From contig CBDHHL010000032.1 in the NCBI GenBank assembly GCA_965263355.1, forward strand, positions 608,001 through 672,000: 64,000 bases of DNA. Direction: 5' to 3'. The DNA is from Leptolyngbyaceae cyanobacterium. Its GTDB lineage: Bacteria > Cyanobacteriota > Cyanobacteriia > Phormidesmidales > Phormidesmidaceae. Numbering within the stretch: the first letter of the stretch is position 1; every line of letters starts with the position of its first letter. Position numbers and translations under genes: made by a program. Below, in pieces: positions 21,562 through 31,807 of the stretch. The notes beneath the pieces were generated by a model that saw nothing but the letters and a program-made list of their open reading frames with translations, searched no databases and was not told where the DNA came from.

Positions 21562-22494
21562 ATGGGTTCCTTCATGACTTACGGTCTGCCCGCTCCTTTA
21601 AAACCCGGCGATTTACTCTATGCAATTGCGCCTAGCGGAGTTCTGCGAGAAACAGAAAAATTTAAGGCGGGTTTACAGATTTGGTGCGATCGCGGCTACC
21701 AGGTAGAACTCAGCCCTATCTATGACAACCGTTGGGGCTATTTAGCAGGCACAGATGACCAACGTCGTCAGCAACTACTGGAAGCCCTGACTAATCCTAA
21801 ATACAAAGGCATCCTCTGCGTCCGTGGCGGCTACGGCGGCACTCGCTTACTGGAAAACTGGCAATGGCCCGTCGATATCAATAAATGGCTGATCGGCTTT
21901 TCCGATATCACCAGCTTGCTATGGAGCTGTCAGCTTAGTGGTGGTGTTCATGGCCCATTACTCACCACCATCAGCCAAGAACCCGACTGGTCGCTGAAGC
22001 GATTATTTAACTGGTTAGAGCAGCAAACATTAGAATCACTGACAGGGGAAAGCTGGGTCAGCGGAATGGCTATAGGTAAACTGTTACCAGCCAACCTGAC
22101 GGTAGCTACCTGCCTCCTCGGCACATCCCATGAGCCTGACTTTACCGGATCAATCTTGGCCTTCGAGGACGTGACCGAATCTCCCTATCGTCTGGACCGC
22201 ATGTTGACCCATTGGCGAATGTTAGGCAAATTCGATCAAGTGGCAGGCATTGCCTTAGGTCGCTTTAGTCAATGCGAACCACCGAAAAATACACCCAGCT
22301 TTAGCGCCCTAGAAGTGCTACAAGAACGTCTTGGGGATCTGGGGATTCCTATCGTTGCTAACTTGCCCTTTGGCCATGACGGTGTCAATGCCGCCCTGCC
22401 GTTTGGTATTCAATCAAAATTAGAGGCTAGAACCGATGGTTCTGGCCTCTTATCGTTTCCAAACCATAACCCACCCACCCCAAACCCTATGTAG
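21562..22494 (+). CDS. ldcA: LD-carboxypeptidase (peptidase S66)
   Basis: RGGYG, GFSDIT, FEDVTE, FGH catalytic motifs. Confidence 0.92.
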   Translation: MGSFMTYGLPAPLKPGDLLYAIAPSGVLRETEKFKAGLQIWCDRGYQVELSPIYDNRWGYLAGTDDQRRQQLLEALTNPKYKGILCVRGGYGGTRLLENWQWPVDINKWLIGFSDITSLLWSCQLSGGVHGPLLTTISQEPDWSLKRLFNWLEQQTLESLTGESWVSGMAIGKLLPANLTVATCLLGTSHEPDFTGSILAFEDVTESPYRLDRMLTHWRMLGKFDQVAGIALGRFSQCEPPKNTPSFSALEVLQERLGDLGIPIVANLPFGHDGVNAALPFGIQSKLEARTDGSGLLSFPNHNPPTPNPM

Positions 22495-22523
22495 GGGCGT
22501 TGCATGCAACGCCCCTACATAGG
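22486..22523. repeat. Perfect 38-bp palindrome, GTAG-type REP-like element / bidirectional terminator
   Basis: cctatgtaggggcgttgca|tgcaacgcccctacatagg between convergent genes. Confidence 0.8.
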
Positions 22524-22530
22524 AAAATCC

Positions 22531-23946
22531 TTACGCCTTAACCATTTTTTTATCACCATTACCCACGGTGACGATTTCTGTTTCCATTTCATTGATTACA
22601 GTCTCAGATAACGCAGGAATTGAATCATCACCTGTAATCAAACGGGCACCACGCTGATAGGTGAAATAGTTCCACCCCCACTGCAGCAGCACCAACAGCT
22701 TGTTATCAAATTCGATTAAGAAGTAGATATGGACAAAAATCCAAATAAACCAGGCAGGAAATCCAGATAGCTTCATAAAGTTGAGGTCAGCTACGGCCTC
22801 ATTGCGACCAATCACAGCCATGCTGCCCTTATTCTTGTAGTTAAAGGCAGTCACTGGCTCATTAATTAGCTTAGCTTTGACGGTTTTAGCCAAATAACTG
22901 CCCATCTGCATCGCTACAGCTGCCGTGCCCGGCAACGGCTTGTCGTCTTGATGAGCATAGTGAGCCAAATCGCCCGCCACATAAAGGTTGGGATAATTGG
23001 GCACACTCATGTCAGCCTCAACCATCACGCGACCAATACGGTCGGTTTCAGTCCCAGTCCTTTCGGCAATCGCTTTACCCAAGGGTGATGCTTTAATGCC
23101 AGCTGCCCACAGCACAGTGCAAGCTTGCATTTCAGTGATTACACCATCATGCTTGATGGAAACCGTATCGCCATCAATGTTAGTTACCAGAGACTGCGTA
23201 CGAACCTCAACACCAAGCTTTTCTAAAGACGCTTTAGCCGCTATCGATAGGTCAGCAGGATAGGGAGGCAAAACCCTATCCATCCCCTCGAGCAAAATAA
23301 TTTTGGTTTCCTGGGGGTCAATATCGGTAAAATCGTCCTTAATGGTTTCATAGGCCAGTTCTGCCAAAGCACCCGCTAATTCCACACCGGTTGGTCCAGC
23401 ACCCACCACCAGGAATGTGAGCAACGCCTTACGACGGTCAGGATCAGTTTCCTTTTCAGCCGCCTCAAACGCTAAGAAAATACGCCGTCGCACTTCTAAG
23501 GCATCCTCAATGGTCTTCATACCAGGGGCAATGTCAGCCCAGTGGTCATTACCAAAATAGTGATGGCTGGAACCTGTCGCTAAAATGAGGCTATCGTAAC
23601 TGATCACCTCATTACGCTTTAGAGTTACTATTTGGGCATCGGGGTCAATATCCACAACCTCACCCATCAGCACCTTGACATTTTTCTGACGACTCAACAC
23701 AGAGCGCAGCGGTGAGGAAATATCACCTGCTGACAGACCACCTGTAGCGACCTGATAAAGTAACGGCTGAAATAAATGGAAATTACGCTTGTCAATGAGC
23801 GTCACCCTTACTGGGGCCTTGCTCAAAGACTTTGCGGCGTAAAGACCGGCAAAGCCTCCACCGACAATCACCACATGATGTAGAGAATTTTGCTCTGCTG
23901 TTGTCCTTTGGGCTATAGAAGCCTGACCAGAAAGGGCTGCTGTCAT
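22531..23946 (-). CDS. Type II NADH dehydrogenase (NDH-2)
   Basis: VIVGGGFAG, FQPLLYQVATG, VGAGPTGVELAG, AGD. Confidence 0.93.
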   Translation of the reverse strand: MTAALSGQASIAQRTTAEQNSLHHVVIVGGGFAGLYAAKSLSKAPVRVTLIDKRNFHLFQPLLYQVATGGLSAGDISSPLRSVLSRQKNVKVLMGEVVDIDPDAQIVTLKRNEVISYDSLILATGSSHHYFGNDHWADIAPGMKTIEDALEVRRRIFLAFEAAEKETDPDRRKALLTFLVVGAGPTGVELAGALAELAYETIKDDFTDIDPQETKIILLEGMDRVLPPYPADLSIAAKASLEKLGVEVRTQSLVTNIDGDTVSIKHDGVITEMQACTVLWAAGIKASPLGKAIAERTGTETDRIGRVMVEADMSVPNYPNLYVAGDLAHYAHQDDKPLPGTAAVAMQMGSYLAKTVKAKLINEPVTAFNYKNKGSMAVIGRNEAVADLNFMKLSGFPAWFIWIFVHIYFLIEFDNKLLVLLQWGWNYFTYQRGARLITGDDSIPALSETVINEMETEIVTVGNGDKKMVKA

Positions 23947-24385
23947 AGCATTAAAAACTATTACGTATGATAAACAATCTTATATCTTCTATTTCTGAGT
24001 TGGGTACATAAACAATCGTCTTCTTCAAAGTTTGTTTAAATTACCCAACTTGCTATTCAGGCCCACGACAAGGGATTTCCATATACTTAAATATTCCCTT
24101 TCAAGGCGTAAAAATCTGAAAATATCGCCCTAATCAGTTCTTGAGATCGATGACATATTTACCCCTAACCATGTTTCGTAATATGTCATGGGATTTACAC
24201 AGGTACGCCTATGTGGTTTTTTATCCTAAAAGTATATTCAAGGTCGATTAACAAGTCCTACGTGCCAAGAGGGGACTTGACTTGGTAATCTGGTTAACCA
24301 GGTTTATCAACAGCATTAAGAGCAAATATTTCTGATGGTTTGGGCAATACAAACCTACTCAGAGGGAAAACTCCCAGAGGAGAAA

Positions 24386-24459
24386 TAAACCTTGTCTACG
24401 TCCATAATTGGAACTTTTCCGTAGAAGAACCTACAGGTTTCAACTTGGACATTGTGTTA
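24386..24459 (-). repeat. Dispersed ~72-bp MITE-like repeat, copy 2 (reverse orientation)
   Basis: Reverse complement reads gtccaagttgaaacctgtaggttcttctacggaaaagttccaattatggacgtagacaaggttta. Confidence 0.75.
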
Positions 24460-24505
24460 ATCAGAAAAAATTGATTGTGCGGATTGGAAAGGGGGCAGCA
24501 AAACT

Positions 24506-26311
24506 ATGGCTTTAATTGTCCAAAAGTACGGTGGTACATCGGTGGGTAGTGTTGAGCGTATTCAAACCGTTGCCAAACGCGTACAGACAACCGTACAGGC
24601 AGGCAACTCAGTTGTTGTAGTTGTATCAGCCATGGGCAAAACTACTGATAGTCTAGTTAAACTCGCAAGTGAAATTTCTAGCCAGCCAAGCCGTCGGGAA
24701 ATGGACATGCTGCTCTCGACAGGAGAACAGGTTTCGATTGCGCTATTGAGTATGGCCCTCCAGGAACTTGGTCAGGCGGCTGTTTCAATGACCGGTGCGC
24801 AAGTCGGTATCGTTACAGAAGCCCGTCATAGTCATGCTCGTATTTTGAGAGTTGAAACAGAGCGAGTTAAACGCTATCTAGATCAGGGACAAGTTGTAGT
24901 TGTGGCTGGTTTTCAGGGCATTAGCGATGCTCCAGACTTGGAAATTACCACCCTCGGTCGAGGCGGCTCCGACACATCGGCTGTGGCCTTAGCAGCTGCA
25001 ATCCAGGCTGATGCCTGTGAAATTTGCACTGATGTTCCTGGTATTTTAACGACTGATCCTCGGCTGGTCCCTTCAGCCCAGTTAATGGCTGATATTACTT
25101 GCGACGAAATGCTAGAGTTAGCTAGCTTGGGAGCCAAGGTCTTACATCCAAGGGCAGTGGAAATTGCTCGCAACTACGGTGTCATGCTAGTTGTACGATC
25201 TAGCTGGACTGATGAGCCTGGAACCAGAGTAATTGCACCCAGCCGACTACTGCGTCCCTTAGAAGGGTTAGAACTAGCTCATCCTGTTGATGCCATTGAG
25301 TTTGATACTAACCAGGCCAAGGTAGCTCTACTGAGGGTACCGGACCGTCCCGGGATTGCCGCCCATCTATTTGGTACGGTTGCCCAGGAAAACCTCAACG
25401 TTGACTTGATTATTCAATCTATTAACGAGGGGAATTTTAACGACATTGCTTTTACAGTCGAAAAGAATGTGTTGCCCCAGGCAACGACAGTGGCCTCATC
25501 CCTCATCCCCTCTCTGCGAGGTCCATTTGATGATGGGAATACGATTGACTTACTGACGGATACCGAAATTGCCAAGGTCAGTATTGCTGGGGCTGGCATG
25601 ATTGGTCGCCCAGGAGTTGCAGCCAGGATGTTTTCTACCTTGGCTGCTGCCGGGGTAAATATTCAGATGATTGCAACGTCTGAAGTGAAGGTGAGCTGTA
25701 CAATTGCAGCAGAGGATTGCGATCGCACCATCGCCGCTCTCTGCCATGCCTTCGATCTTAACCAGTCCCCTGCCCGTTTGGATACCACTGCTACAGTTAC
25801 GGGTCCAGCCGTTCGCGGCGTAGCCCTTGATCGCAATCAAGCCCGATTAGCACTTCGCTATGTTCCTGACCAGCCTGGGATGGCTGCCAAACTTTTTCAG
25901 ATACTCGCCGATCGTGGCATTAGCGTCGATATGATTATCCAAGCCCAGCGCTGCCGAGAACATAATGGCATACAAACCCGCGATATTGCGTTTACTGTAG
26001 CCCAAGCAGACGCAGATATGGCCAACGATGTCCTTCACTCCCTGGCAACTGACTTTGGCAGTAGCGAAATTGTACTGGATAAGGCTATCGCTAAAGTCAG
26101 CGCTGTAGGCATTGGTATGATGACCGAATCTGGAACAGCTGCAAAAATGTTCCAAGCTCTGGCAGACTGCAACATCAATATTCAGATGATCGCCACTTCA
26201 GAGATCAAGATTAGCTGTGTTGTAGCAGAGGATAGCGGCATTGACGCACTTAAAGCTGTACACACAGCCTTTGGACTAGCCGGCAGTCAAGAAATTGAGG
26301 TGCCGGCCTAG
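24506..26311 (+). CDS. lysC: Aspartate kinase (cyanobacterial, four ACT domains)
   Basis: [24 protein letters not shown], duplicated [11 protein letters not shown] repeats. Confidence 0.97.
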   Translation: MALIVQKYGGTSVGSVERIQTVAKRVQTTVQAGNSVVVVVSAMGKTTDSLVKLASEISSQPSRREMDMLLSTGEQVSIALLSMALQELGQAAVSMTGAQVGIVTEARHSHARILRVETERVKRYLDQGQVVVVAGFQGISDAPDLEITTLGRGGSDTSAVALAAAIQADACEICTDVPGILTTDPRLVPSAQLMADITCDEMLELASLGAKVLHPRAVEIARNYGVMLVVRSSWTDEPGTRVIAPSRLLRPLEGLELAHPVDAIEFDTNQAKVALLRVPDRPGIAAHLFGTVAQENLNVDLIIQSINEGNFNDIAFTVEKNVLPQATTVASSLIPSLRGPFDDGNTIDLLTDTEIAKVSIAGAGMIGRPGVAARMFSTLAAAGVNIQMIATSEVKVSCTIAAEDCDRTIAALCHAFDLNQSPARLDTTATVTGPAVRGVALDRNQARLALRYVPDQPGMAAKLFQILADRGISVDMIIQAQRCREHNGIQTRDIAFTVAQADADMANDVLHSLATDFGSSEIVLDKAIAKVSAVGIGMMTESGTAAKMFQALADCNINIQMIATSEIKISCVVAEDSGIDALKAVHTAFGLAGSQEIEVPA

Positions 26312-26324
26312 TAGACTGTTAGGC

Positions 26325-27170
26325 TTAGTGCCCCATCTTCTCCAGTGACAACCGTGATGCAATAGTCTCAACTAGTGGAATGGGACTCGATAGCCGATTA
26401 AACAATTCCCAGAGAACTTGATTTCCATCTGCCGCCGACTGCGGGGCACGGGAAAGCAAAATATCACGGCATACCTGCCGAAAATCGGCATCTTCAGCCG
26501 AAAACTTGATGCCTTCACATTGACATACCTGGGCAATCATCAATTGGGGACGTAAACTAGATTGCCCTTCGGGAAATACTTGCCGAAAAAATTGCTGCAC
26601 AATTCCAACTACCAAGGTAGCAGACTCATGGGAAACCCCTATTAGCTCCATCAGGAGCTTTTGCTGTGCCAAAACATTAGGCTCTGGCAATCGAATTGTA
26701 ATTAATCGATCAAACAGCGCGTTTTGGGTACCGTAGGTACCGCAATACTCCTCAGAGTTGGAGGTAAAAATTACTCGAAACTCAGGATGAACAGACACAT
26801 ACTCTGACCCAGACGCATTAGTTAGCACTAACATCCGCTCTTCTAAGGCAGACAGCAAAATTGTATTTATCTCAGGACGAGATCGATTAAATTCATCGTA
26901 GATTAAGGTCCATCCCTCACAGCAAGCTAACCTCAACCAAGAGTCTGGCTGACTGGATATGGTTAAATCATGGCCTCCTACCACCAGCAACATTTGCCGC
27001 TTTCGACAATCAGCTAAATGCATGGCCAAGGTAGTTTTACCAATTCCAGTGGGGCCTTCTAAATGCACAGAGTAGCCAGAACGCAAATATCGTAGCGCTC
27101 GCTGCATAACCTGCTCAAGTGCAGCGGTCCTCACAAACTGCTTAGGTCGCACCTGAATTACCGTGGACAC
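26325..27170 (-). CDS. GvpN-like AAA+ (MoxR-type) ATPase, shortened
   Basis: RALRYLRSGYSVHL, GPTGIGKT, YDEFNRSRPE, VHPEFRVIFTSN, ALFDRLITI. Confidence 0.82.
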   Translation of the reverse strand: MSTVIQVRPKQFVRTAALEQVMQRALRYLRSGYSVHLEGPTGIGKTTLAMHLADCRKRQMLLVVGGHDLTISSQPDSWLRLACCEGWTLIYDEFNRSRPEINTILLSALEERMLVLTNASGSEYVSVHPEFRVIFTSNSEEYCGTYGTQNALFDRLITIRLPEPNVLAQQKLLMELIGVSHESATLVVGIVQQFFRQVFPEGQSSLRPQLMIAQVCQCEGIKFSAEDADFRQVCRDILLSRAPQSAADGNQVLWELFNRLSSPIPLVETIASRLSLEKMGH

Positions 27171-27460
27171 TAAAGATACCGATCCTTTGTAAATGGAGTA
27201 TGGGCTATAACGTATACATTGCCCACGAAAAATTAGTTCGCACCGCTGTTATTCAAAATGCTTTAATCTGCCAACACTTACTAATTTCTGAGAGCACAGA
27301 TAGGAATATCTCGAAAATCAGCAGTAGCATTTGCTTTAGCCTTCCCCAATGGGGTATGCCACTCTCTATTATCCCCTCCAGATCTATTCATCTTTCAACA
27401 AGTGCTTTCCGTATCATTCAGACCTAGTGTTACCTTCCTTATCTTGCAGCATTGCAAACT

Positions 27461-27531
27461 TAAACCACGTCCAAATTGAAACTGTAATTCTTCACCAGAA
27501 AAACGACCGTTTTGGACGTGGACAAGGTCTA
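27461..27531 (+). repeat. Dispersed ~72-bp MITE-like repeat, copy 3
   Basis: taaaccacgtccaaattgaaac...ttttggacgtggacaaggtcta. Confidence 0.75.
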
Positions 27532-27571
27532 ATGCACTCAGCAAAATTCGCCCGATCGATTTGTCTAACCG

Positions 27572-28042
27572 ATGGATTCTGCCTATATTGATCGCCTACT
27601 ACAGGCATTGAAAGATTCAGATGAAACCCTGCGTAATCAAGCAACAGGCGAATTCTGGCACATGTGGTTCCACCAAAAAGGTGTGCACGGTGCTAAGCGT
27701 TTGATTGAGAGTCAAACCTTAGTTGAAGCAGAGCGTAATCAAGAAGCCAAAGCCATCCTTGATGAACTCATTCTCACTCAGCCCGACTTTGCTGAAGCCT
27801 GGAACCGACGTGCCGTCCTATATTACATGCTAGGCAGATACGATGAAGCCATTCAGGATTGCGAAAAAACCCTTGAGCTGGTTCCCCATCATTTTGGGGC
27901 GCTTCATGGCCTTGGTTTATGCTACGCGTCCATCGGAAATTATCTCGATGCTATTAAATGCTTTCGACGCACCCTTGACATTCAACCTTTCTCTCTAATT
28001 AATCAGCGCCTAATTTTAGAATGTACAGCCAAATTAACTTGA
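27572..28042 (+). CDS. Tetratricopeptide repeat protein
   Basis: PDFAEAWNRRA, HFGALHGLGLCY TPR motifs. Confidence 0.9.
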   Translation: MDSAYIDRLLQALKDSDETLRNQATGEFWHMWFHQKGVHGAKRLIESQTLVEAERNQEAKAILDELILTQPDFAEAWNRRAVLYYMLGRYDEAIQDCEKTLELVPHHFGALHGLGLCYASIGNYLDAIKCFRRTLDIQPFSLINQRLILECTAKLT

Positions 28043-28136
28043 ATCCTGACAATGTCGCCCAGGTTGCCAGTACGGACTTGCATTTTATGGCACCCTAGCA
28101 AAATACAATAGGCAAGTAGACGTACATTCGCTGCAC

Positions 28137-29363
28137 ATGCAAACTCTGACGCCCCCTGCTACTAATACCGGCGCAAACGAACTGGTGGATACCAAAATTA
28201 TTCGTCGGAAGACTCGTCCAGTCCCTGTTGGCAACGTCATCATTGGCGGTGGAGCCCCTGTTGTCGTGCAGTCGATGATTAATGAGGACACCCTAGATAT
28301 CGATGGCTCGGTAGCCGCTATTCGCCGTCTACACGAAATTGGTTGCGAAATTGTTCGGGTAACCGTGCCTAGCATGGCCCATGCTAAAGCCTTAGCCAAA
28401 ATCAAGGAAACATTGGCAACGTCCTATCAGCTAGTCCCTTTGGTGGCCGATGTCCATCACAACGGCATGAAAATAGCGCTAGAAGTCGCTAAACATGTGG
28501 ACAAGGTTCGTATCAACCCGGGTCTTTACGTGTTTGAAAAACCCAGTGATAGCCGTACTGAATACACCCAAGCAGAGTTTGATGCTATCGGTGAAAAAAT
28601 TAAAGAAACCCTAGAACCTCTAGTGGTTTCCCTAAGGGACCAGAATAAAGCTATGCGTATTGGTGTCAACCATGGCTCTTTAGCAGAACGCATGTTGTTT
28701 ACCTATGGTGATACGCCTGAGGGTATGGTGGAATCTGCCTTAGAGTTTATTCATATCTGCGAATCCCTCAATTTCTATAACCTGGTTATTTCTCTAAAGG
28801 CATCCCGAGTTCCGGTCATGTTGGCAGCTTACCGACTAATGGCAAAACGCATGGATGGACTCGGCATGAACTACCCACTCCATTTAGGTGTAACTGAAGC
28901 TGGGGATGGCGAGTATGGTCGCATTAAGTCTACTGCTGGTATTGGCACACTCCTAGCCGAAGGTATCGGTGACACCATTCGGGTCTCCTTAACTGAGGCA
29001 CCTGAAAAAGAAATCCCAGTGTGCTACAGCATTTTGCAGGCTCTGGGGTTGCGTAAAACTATGGTGGAATACGTTGCCTGTCCATCCTGTGGTCGCACAT
29101 TGTTTAATTTGGAGGAAGTTCTGCATAAAGTACGAGCAGCTACTAACCATCTCACAGGGTTAGATATTGCCGTCATGGGCTGTATTGTGAATGGTCCTGG
29201 AGAGATGGCTGATGCAGACTATGGCTACGTCGGCAAAACACCTGGCTACATCTCTCTGTATAGGGGGCGTGAAGAAATCAAACGGGTACCCGAAGATAGC
29301 GGTGTAGAAGAATTGATCAACCTGATTAAAACGGATGGTCGCTGGGTTGACCCGGAAAACTAA
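28137..29363 (+). CDS. ispG: (E)-4-hydroxy-3-methylbut-2-enyl-diphosphate synthase
   Basis: [44 protein letters not shown]. Confidence 0.98.
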   Translation: MQTLTPPATNTGANELVDTKIIRRKTRPVPVGNVIIGGGAPVVVQSMINEDTLDIDGSVAAIRRLHEIGCEIVRVTVPSMAHAKALAKIKETLATSYQLVPLVADVHHNGMKIALEVAKHVDKVRINPGLYVFEKPSDSRTEYTQAEFDAIGEKIKETLEPLVVSLRDQNKAMRIGVNHGSLAERMLFTYGDTPEGMVESALEFIHICESLNFYNLVISLKASRVPVMLAAYRLMAKRMDGLGMNYPLHLGVTEAGDGEYGRIKSTAGIGTLLAEGIGDTIRVSLTEAPEKEIPVCYSILQALGLRKTMVEYVACPSCGRTLFNLEEVLHKVRAATNHLTGLDIAVMGCIVNGPGEMADADYGYVGKTPGYISLYRGREEIKRVPEDSGVEELINLIKTDGRWVDPEN

Positions 29364-29395
29364 CAATACAGCAGTAGAACTATAGATAGTTTTGC

Positions 29396-29449
29396 CCCAC
29401 GTAAAACCGTTGGTTTGTATAGGACAGCCAATGGTTTTATGTGGGTTTT
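29396..29449 (+). terminator. Hairpin terminator after ispG
   Basis: cccacgtaaaaccgttgg...ccaatggttttatgtggg followed by T run. Confidence 0.6.
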
Positions 29450-29761
29450 AAGTAACATCCAAGGAAACCTTCATCTTGATCCCATGCCAATTTGTTAGGG
29501 TATGAAGGTAGATTAAACTCACTCAAACGTCCAATTACTAGTGATGGGCAGTCTAACTTGCTAATCAATTAATGATTGATCGTCTATTCGCCAGCGTTCT
29601 TGCAGACTTGCTAAGCTGCACAAGATGACTAAAGATTTGTGAGGATTTGTACGACCCCTACAACAATTGAGCAAAGCTTATATATTTGTAAGGGGTGTGG
29701 GTTGATTATTTATACTGGCTAACTAAGTTCATATCGTCCTAATTGTTCTGGATCACTTTTT

Positions 29762-31060
29762 ATGGCAACCAAGAAGCATGGCCTGATTCTGGGTGCAGCA
29801 GCTTTGGCAAGTATGGCCGTTGTTGTTGCAGGAACAAACATTCACTGGTCTCAAAGTCAGGCATTCTTTAGAGAGAGCCCTAAAGAGGTAATTGATGAAG
29901 TTTGGCAGCTAATCGATCATGAATATGTTGATGAAACATTTAATGATCAGGACTGGCAAGCAATCCGTACTAATTATTTAAATCGCGACTACATTGACAG
30001 CAGTGCTGCCTACGAAGCTATTCGTGAAATGTTGGATACCTTGGAGGATCCCTACACGCGCTTCATGGATCCCCAAGAGTTTCGCAACATGCAAATTGAT
30101 ACTTCCGGTGAACTCACAGGTGTCGGTATTCAAATTTCTCAGGACGAGGAAACAGAGGAGATTGTAGTGGTTTCTCCAATTGAGGATACACCGGCCTTTG
30201 AAGCTGGCATTCGATCTGGGGACATTATTATAGGGATTGATAGCGAGACCACTGAAGGCATGGACCTAAGCGATGCTGTTAATTTAATCCGAGGTCCCGT
30301 TAATTCTGAGGTGACGTTGACCGTATTGCGGGACGAGGAAGAGATCAATTTCGACTTGATTCGGGCTCGGATTGAAATTCATCCTGTACGCTACGCCTAT
30401 CATCCCGAACAGGAAGGGGGTGTAGGATATATTCGTTTGACCCAGTTTAGTGCCAATGCAGCAACAGAGATGCGCGAAGCCATTCAAGAACTAGAGCTTC
30501 GCGATGTGACTGGCTATATCTTAGACTTGCGCTCTAATCCTGGTGGCTTGCTCTACTCCAGTATTGATATTTCTCGCATGTGGTTGAGCGCAGGCACCAT
30601 TGTATCCACTGTTAACCGCGAGGGTACCGTGGATGAAAATGTAGCTAGCGATCGCGCCTTAACTGATAAACCGTTAGTGGTATTAGTCGATGGTGGTTCT
30701 GCCAGCGCCAGTGAAATTCTATCAGGGGCACTACAGGACAATAACCGAGCGGTGCTGGTGGGGACAACGACCTTTGGAAAAGGGCTGGTACAGTCAGTAC
30801 GAGGTCTAGGCGATGGTTCAGGCATTGCGGTAACCATTGCCAAGTACCTAACGCCTAGCGGTCGAGACATTAATACTCTGGGCATCGAACCCGACTTTAT
30901 CGTAGAACTCACCGATGAAGAACGGGAGTATCTGAGTGAAGATCGCGAGCGTATTGGTACGACAGAAGATCCACAATACGCCAAGGCCATTGAGGTCCTT
31001 AATGATGTGATTCGAGGGCAGCGTGAAGCGGCCAGTGTTGGCGCAGTTTTGGTCAACTAA
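29762..31060 (+). CDS. ctpC: Carboxyl-terminal processing protease (S41, CtpC-like)
   Basis: PDZ domain, DLRSNPGG, SASASEI, TFGKGLVQ; paralog assignment is tentative. Confidence 0.88.
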   Translation: MATKKHGLILGAAALASMAVVVAGTNIHWSQSQAFFRESPKEVIDEVWQLIDHEYVDETFNDQDWQAIRTNYLNRDYIDSSAAYEAIREMLDTLEDPYTRFMDPQEFRNMQIDTSGELTGVGIQISQDEETEEIVVVSPIEDTPAFEAGIRSGDIIIGIDSETTEGMDLSDAVNLIRGPVNSEVTLTVLRDEEEINFDLIRARIEIHPVRYAYHPEQEGGVGYIRLTQFSANAATEMREAIQELELRDVTGYILDLRSNPGGLLYSSIDISRMWLSAGTIVSTVNREGTVDENVASDRALTDKPLVVLVDGGSASASEILSGALQDNNRAVLVGTTTFGKGLVQSVRGLGDGSGIAVTIAKYLTPSGRDINTLGIEPDFIVELTDEEREYLSEDRERIGTTEDPQYAKAIEVLNDVIRGQREAASVGAVLVN

Positions 31061-31071
31061 TTCACTTAAAG

Positions 31072-31284
31072 TTACTTGGGTAAACATTTGCCAGCCCGAA
31101 TCAGACCTACTCGTTTAGCAATCGCTTCGGCACGGCTGGTAAATGGCCCCCAGATATTTGAATTTTCTGTAACCTGGGCCATTTCAGTTTGACTAAAGAT
31201 TTCACAATGACCACCTGCTTGTTGGACAACGTGCCAGGATTTTTTTGTTTGAGTTGCTTCGGTGTTGTCTATTTCAGCAGTCAT
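31072..31284 (-). CDS. Conserved small cyanobacterial hypothetical protein
   Basis: WGPF.SRAEAIAKRVGLIRAGKC motif; co-oriented directly after pgsA. Confidence 0.75.
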   Translation of the reverse strand: MTAEIDNTEATQTKKSWHVVQQAGGHCEIFSQTEMAQVTENSNIWGPFTSRAEAIAKRVGLIRAGKCLPK

Positions 31285-31288
31285 GGGA

Positions 31289-31807
31289 TCAGGTAGCTTG
31301 AGACGCGGTTAAATAAATTAGACCAGACCACAATGTCAGTAGTACAGCCAGCCAAAACAGCCCTAGGGCCACTAGAGGATAACTTTGGGATAGAGGAGAC
31401 ATGAGGACTGCGATCGCACCAATTTGCACGACTGTCTTGGCTTTCCCCCATAAGTTGGCCCCCACAATCTTAGTTTGACCAACCCGCCAACCTGCAATGG
31501 TCAGCTCCCGAGCCAAAATCAAGAATACTCCCCATGCAGGCACTGTTCCTAGCTGCACCAACATTATTAGTGGTGCTAGCACCAGCAGCTTATCCACTAG
31601 AGGATCCAAGAATTTTCCCAAATCCGTCACCTGATTCAACCGTCTGGCCAAATAGCCATCCAACCAATCGGTACAGGCTGCCAGCAAAAAGACAGCCACT
31701 GCCCACCAACAACGAGGAACTGAAGGATTAGCCAACAGCATAAACAACGACGGAATTGCCATTAGGCGTGACACCGTAATCCATGTAGGTAAATTCATGG
31801 AGTTCAT
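31289..31807 (-). CDS. pgsA: CDP-diacylglycerol--glycerol-3-phosphate 3-phosphatidyltransferase
   Basis: TDWLDGYLARRLNQVTDLGKFLDPLVDK. Confidence 0.95.
   Translation of the reverse strand: MNSMNLPTWITVSRLMAIPSLFMLLANPSVPRCWWAVAVFLLAACTDWLDGYLARRLNQVTDLGKFLDPLVDKLLVLAPLIMLVQLGTVPAWGVFLILARELTIAGWRVGQTKIVGANLWGKAKTVVQIGAIAVLMSPLSQSYPLVALGLFWLAVLLTLWSGLIYLTASQAT

Noticed and set aside
19269..27531. CRISPR interpretation of the dispersed repeat
   Set aside because: Copies are kilobases apart, in both orientations, with no spacers or cas genes.
27200..27591. ORFs 27200-27427 and 27349-27591
   Set aside because: They lie in a divergent promoter spacer, one runs through the dispersed repeat, and neither looks protein-like.
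31072..31284. Transposase label sometimes attached to this small protein family
   Set aside because: 70 aa with no DDE motif or terminal repeats; it appears operonic with pgsA.
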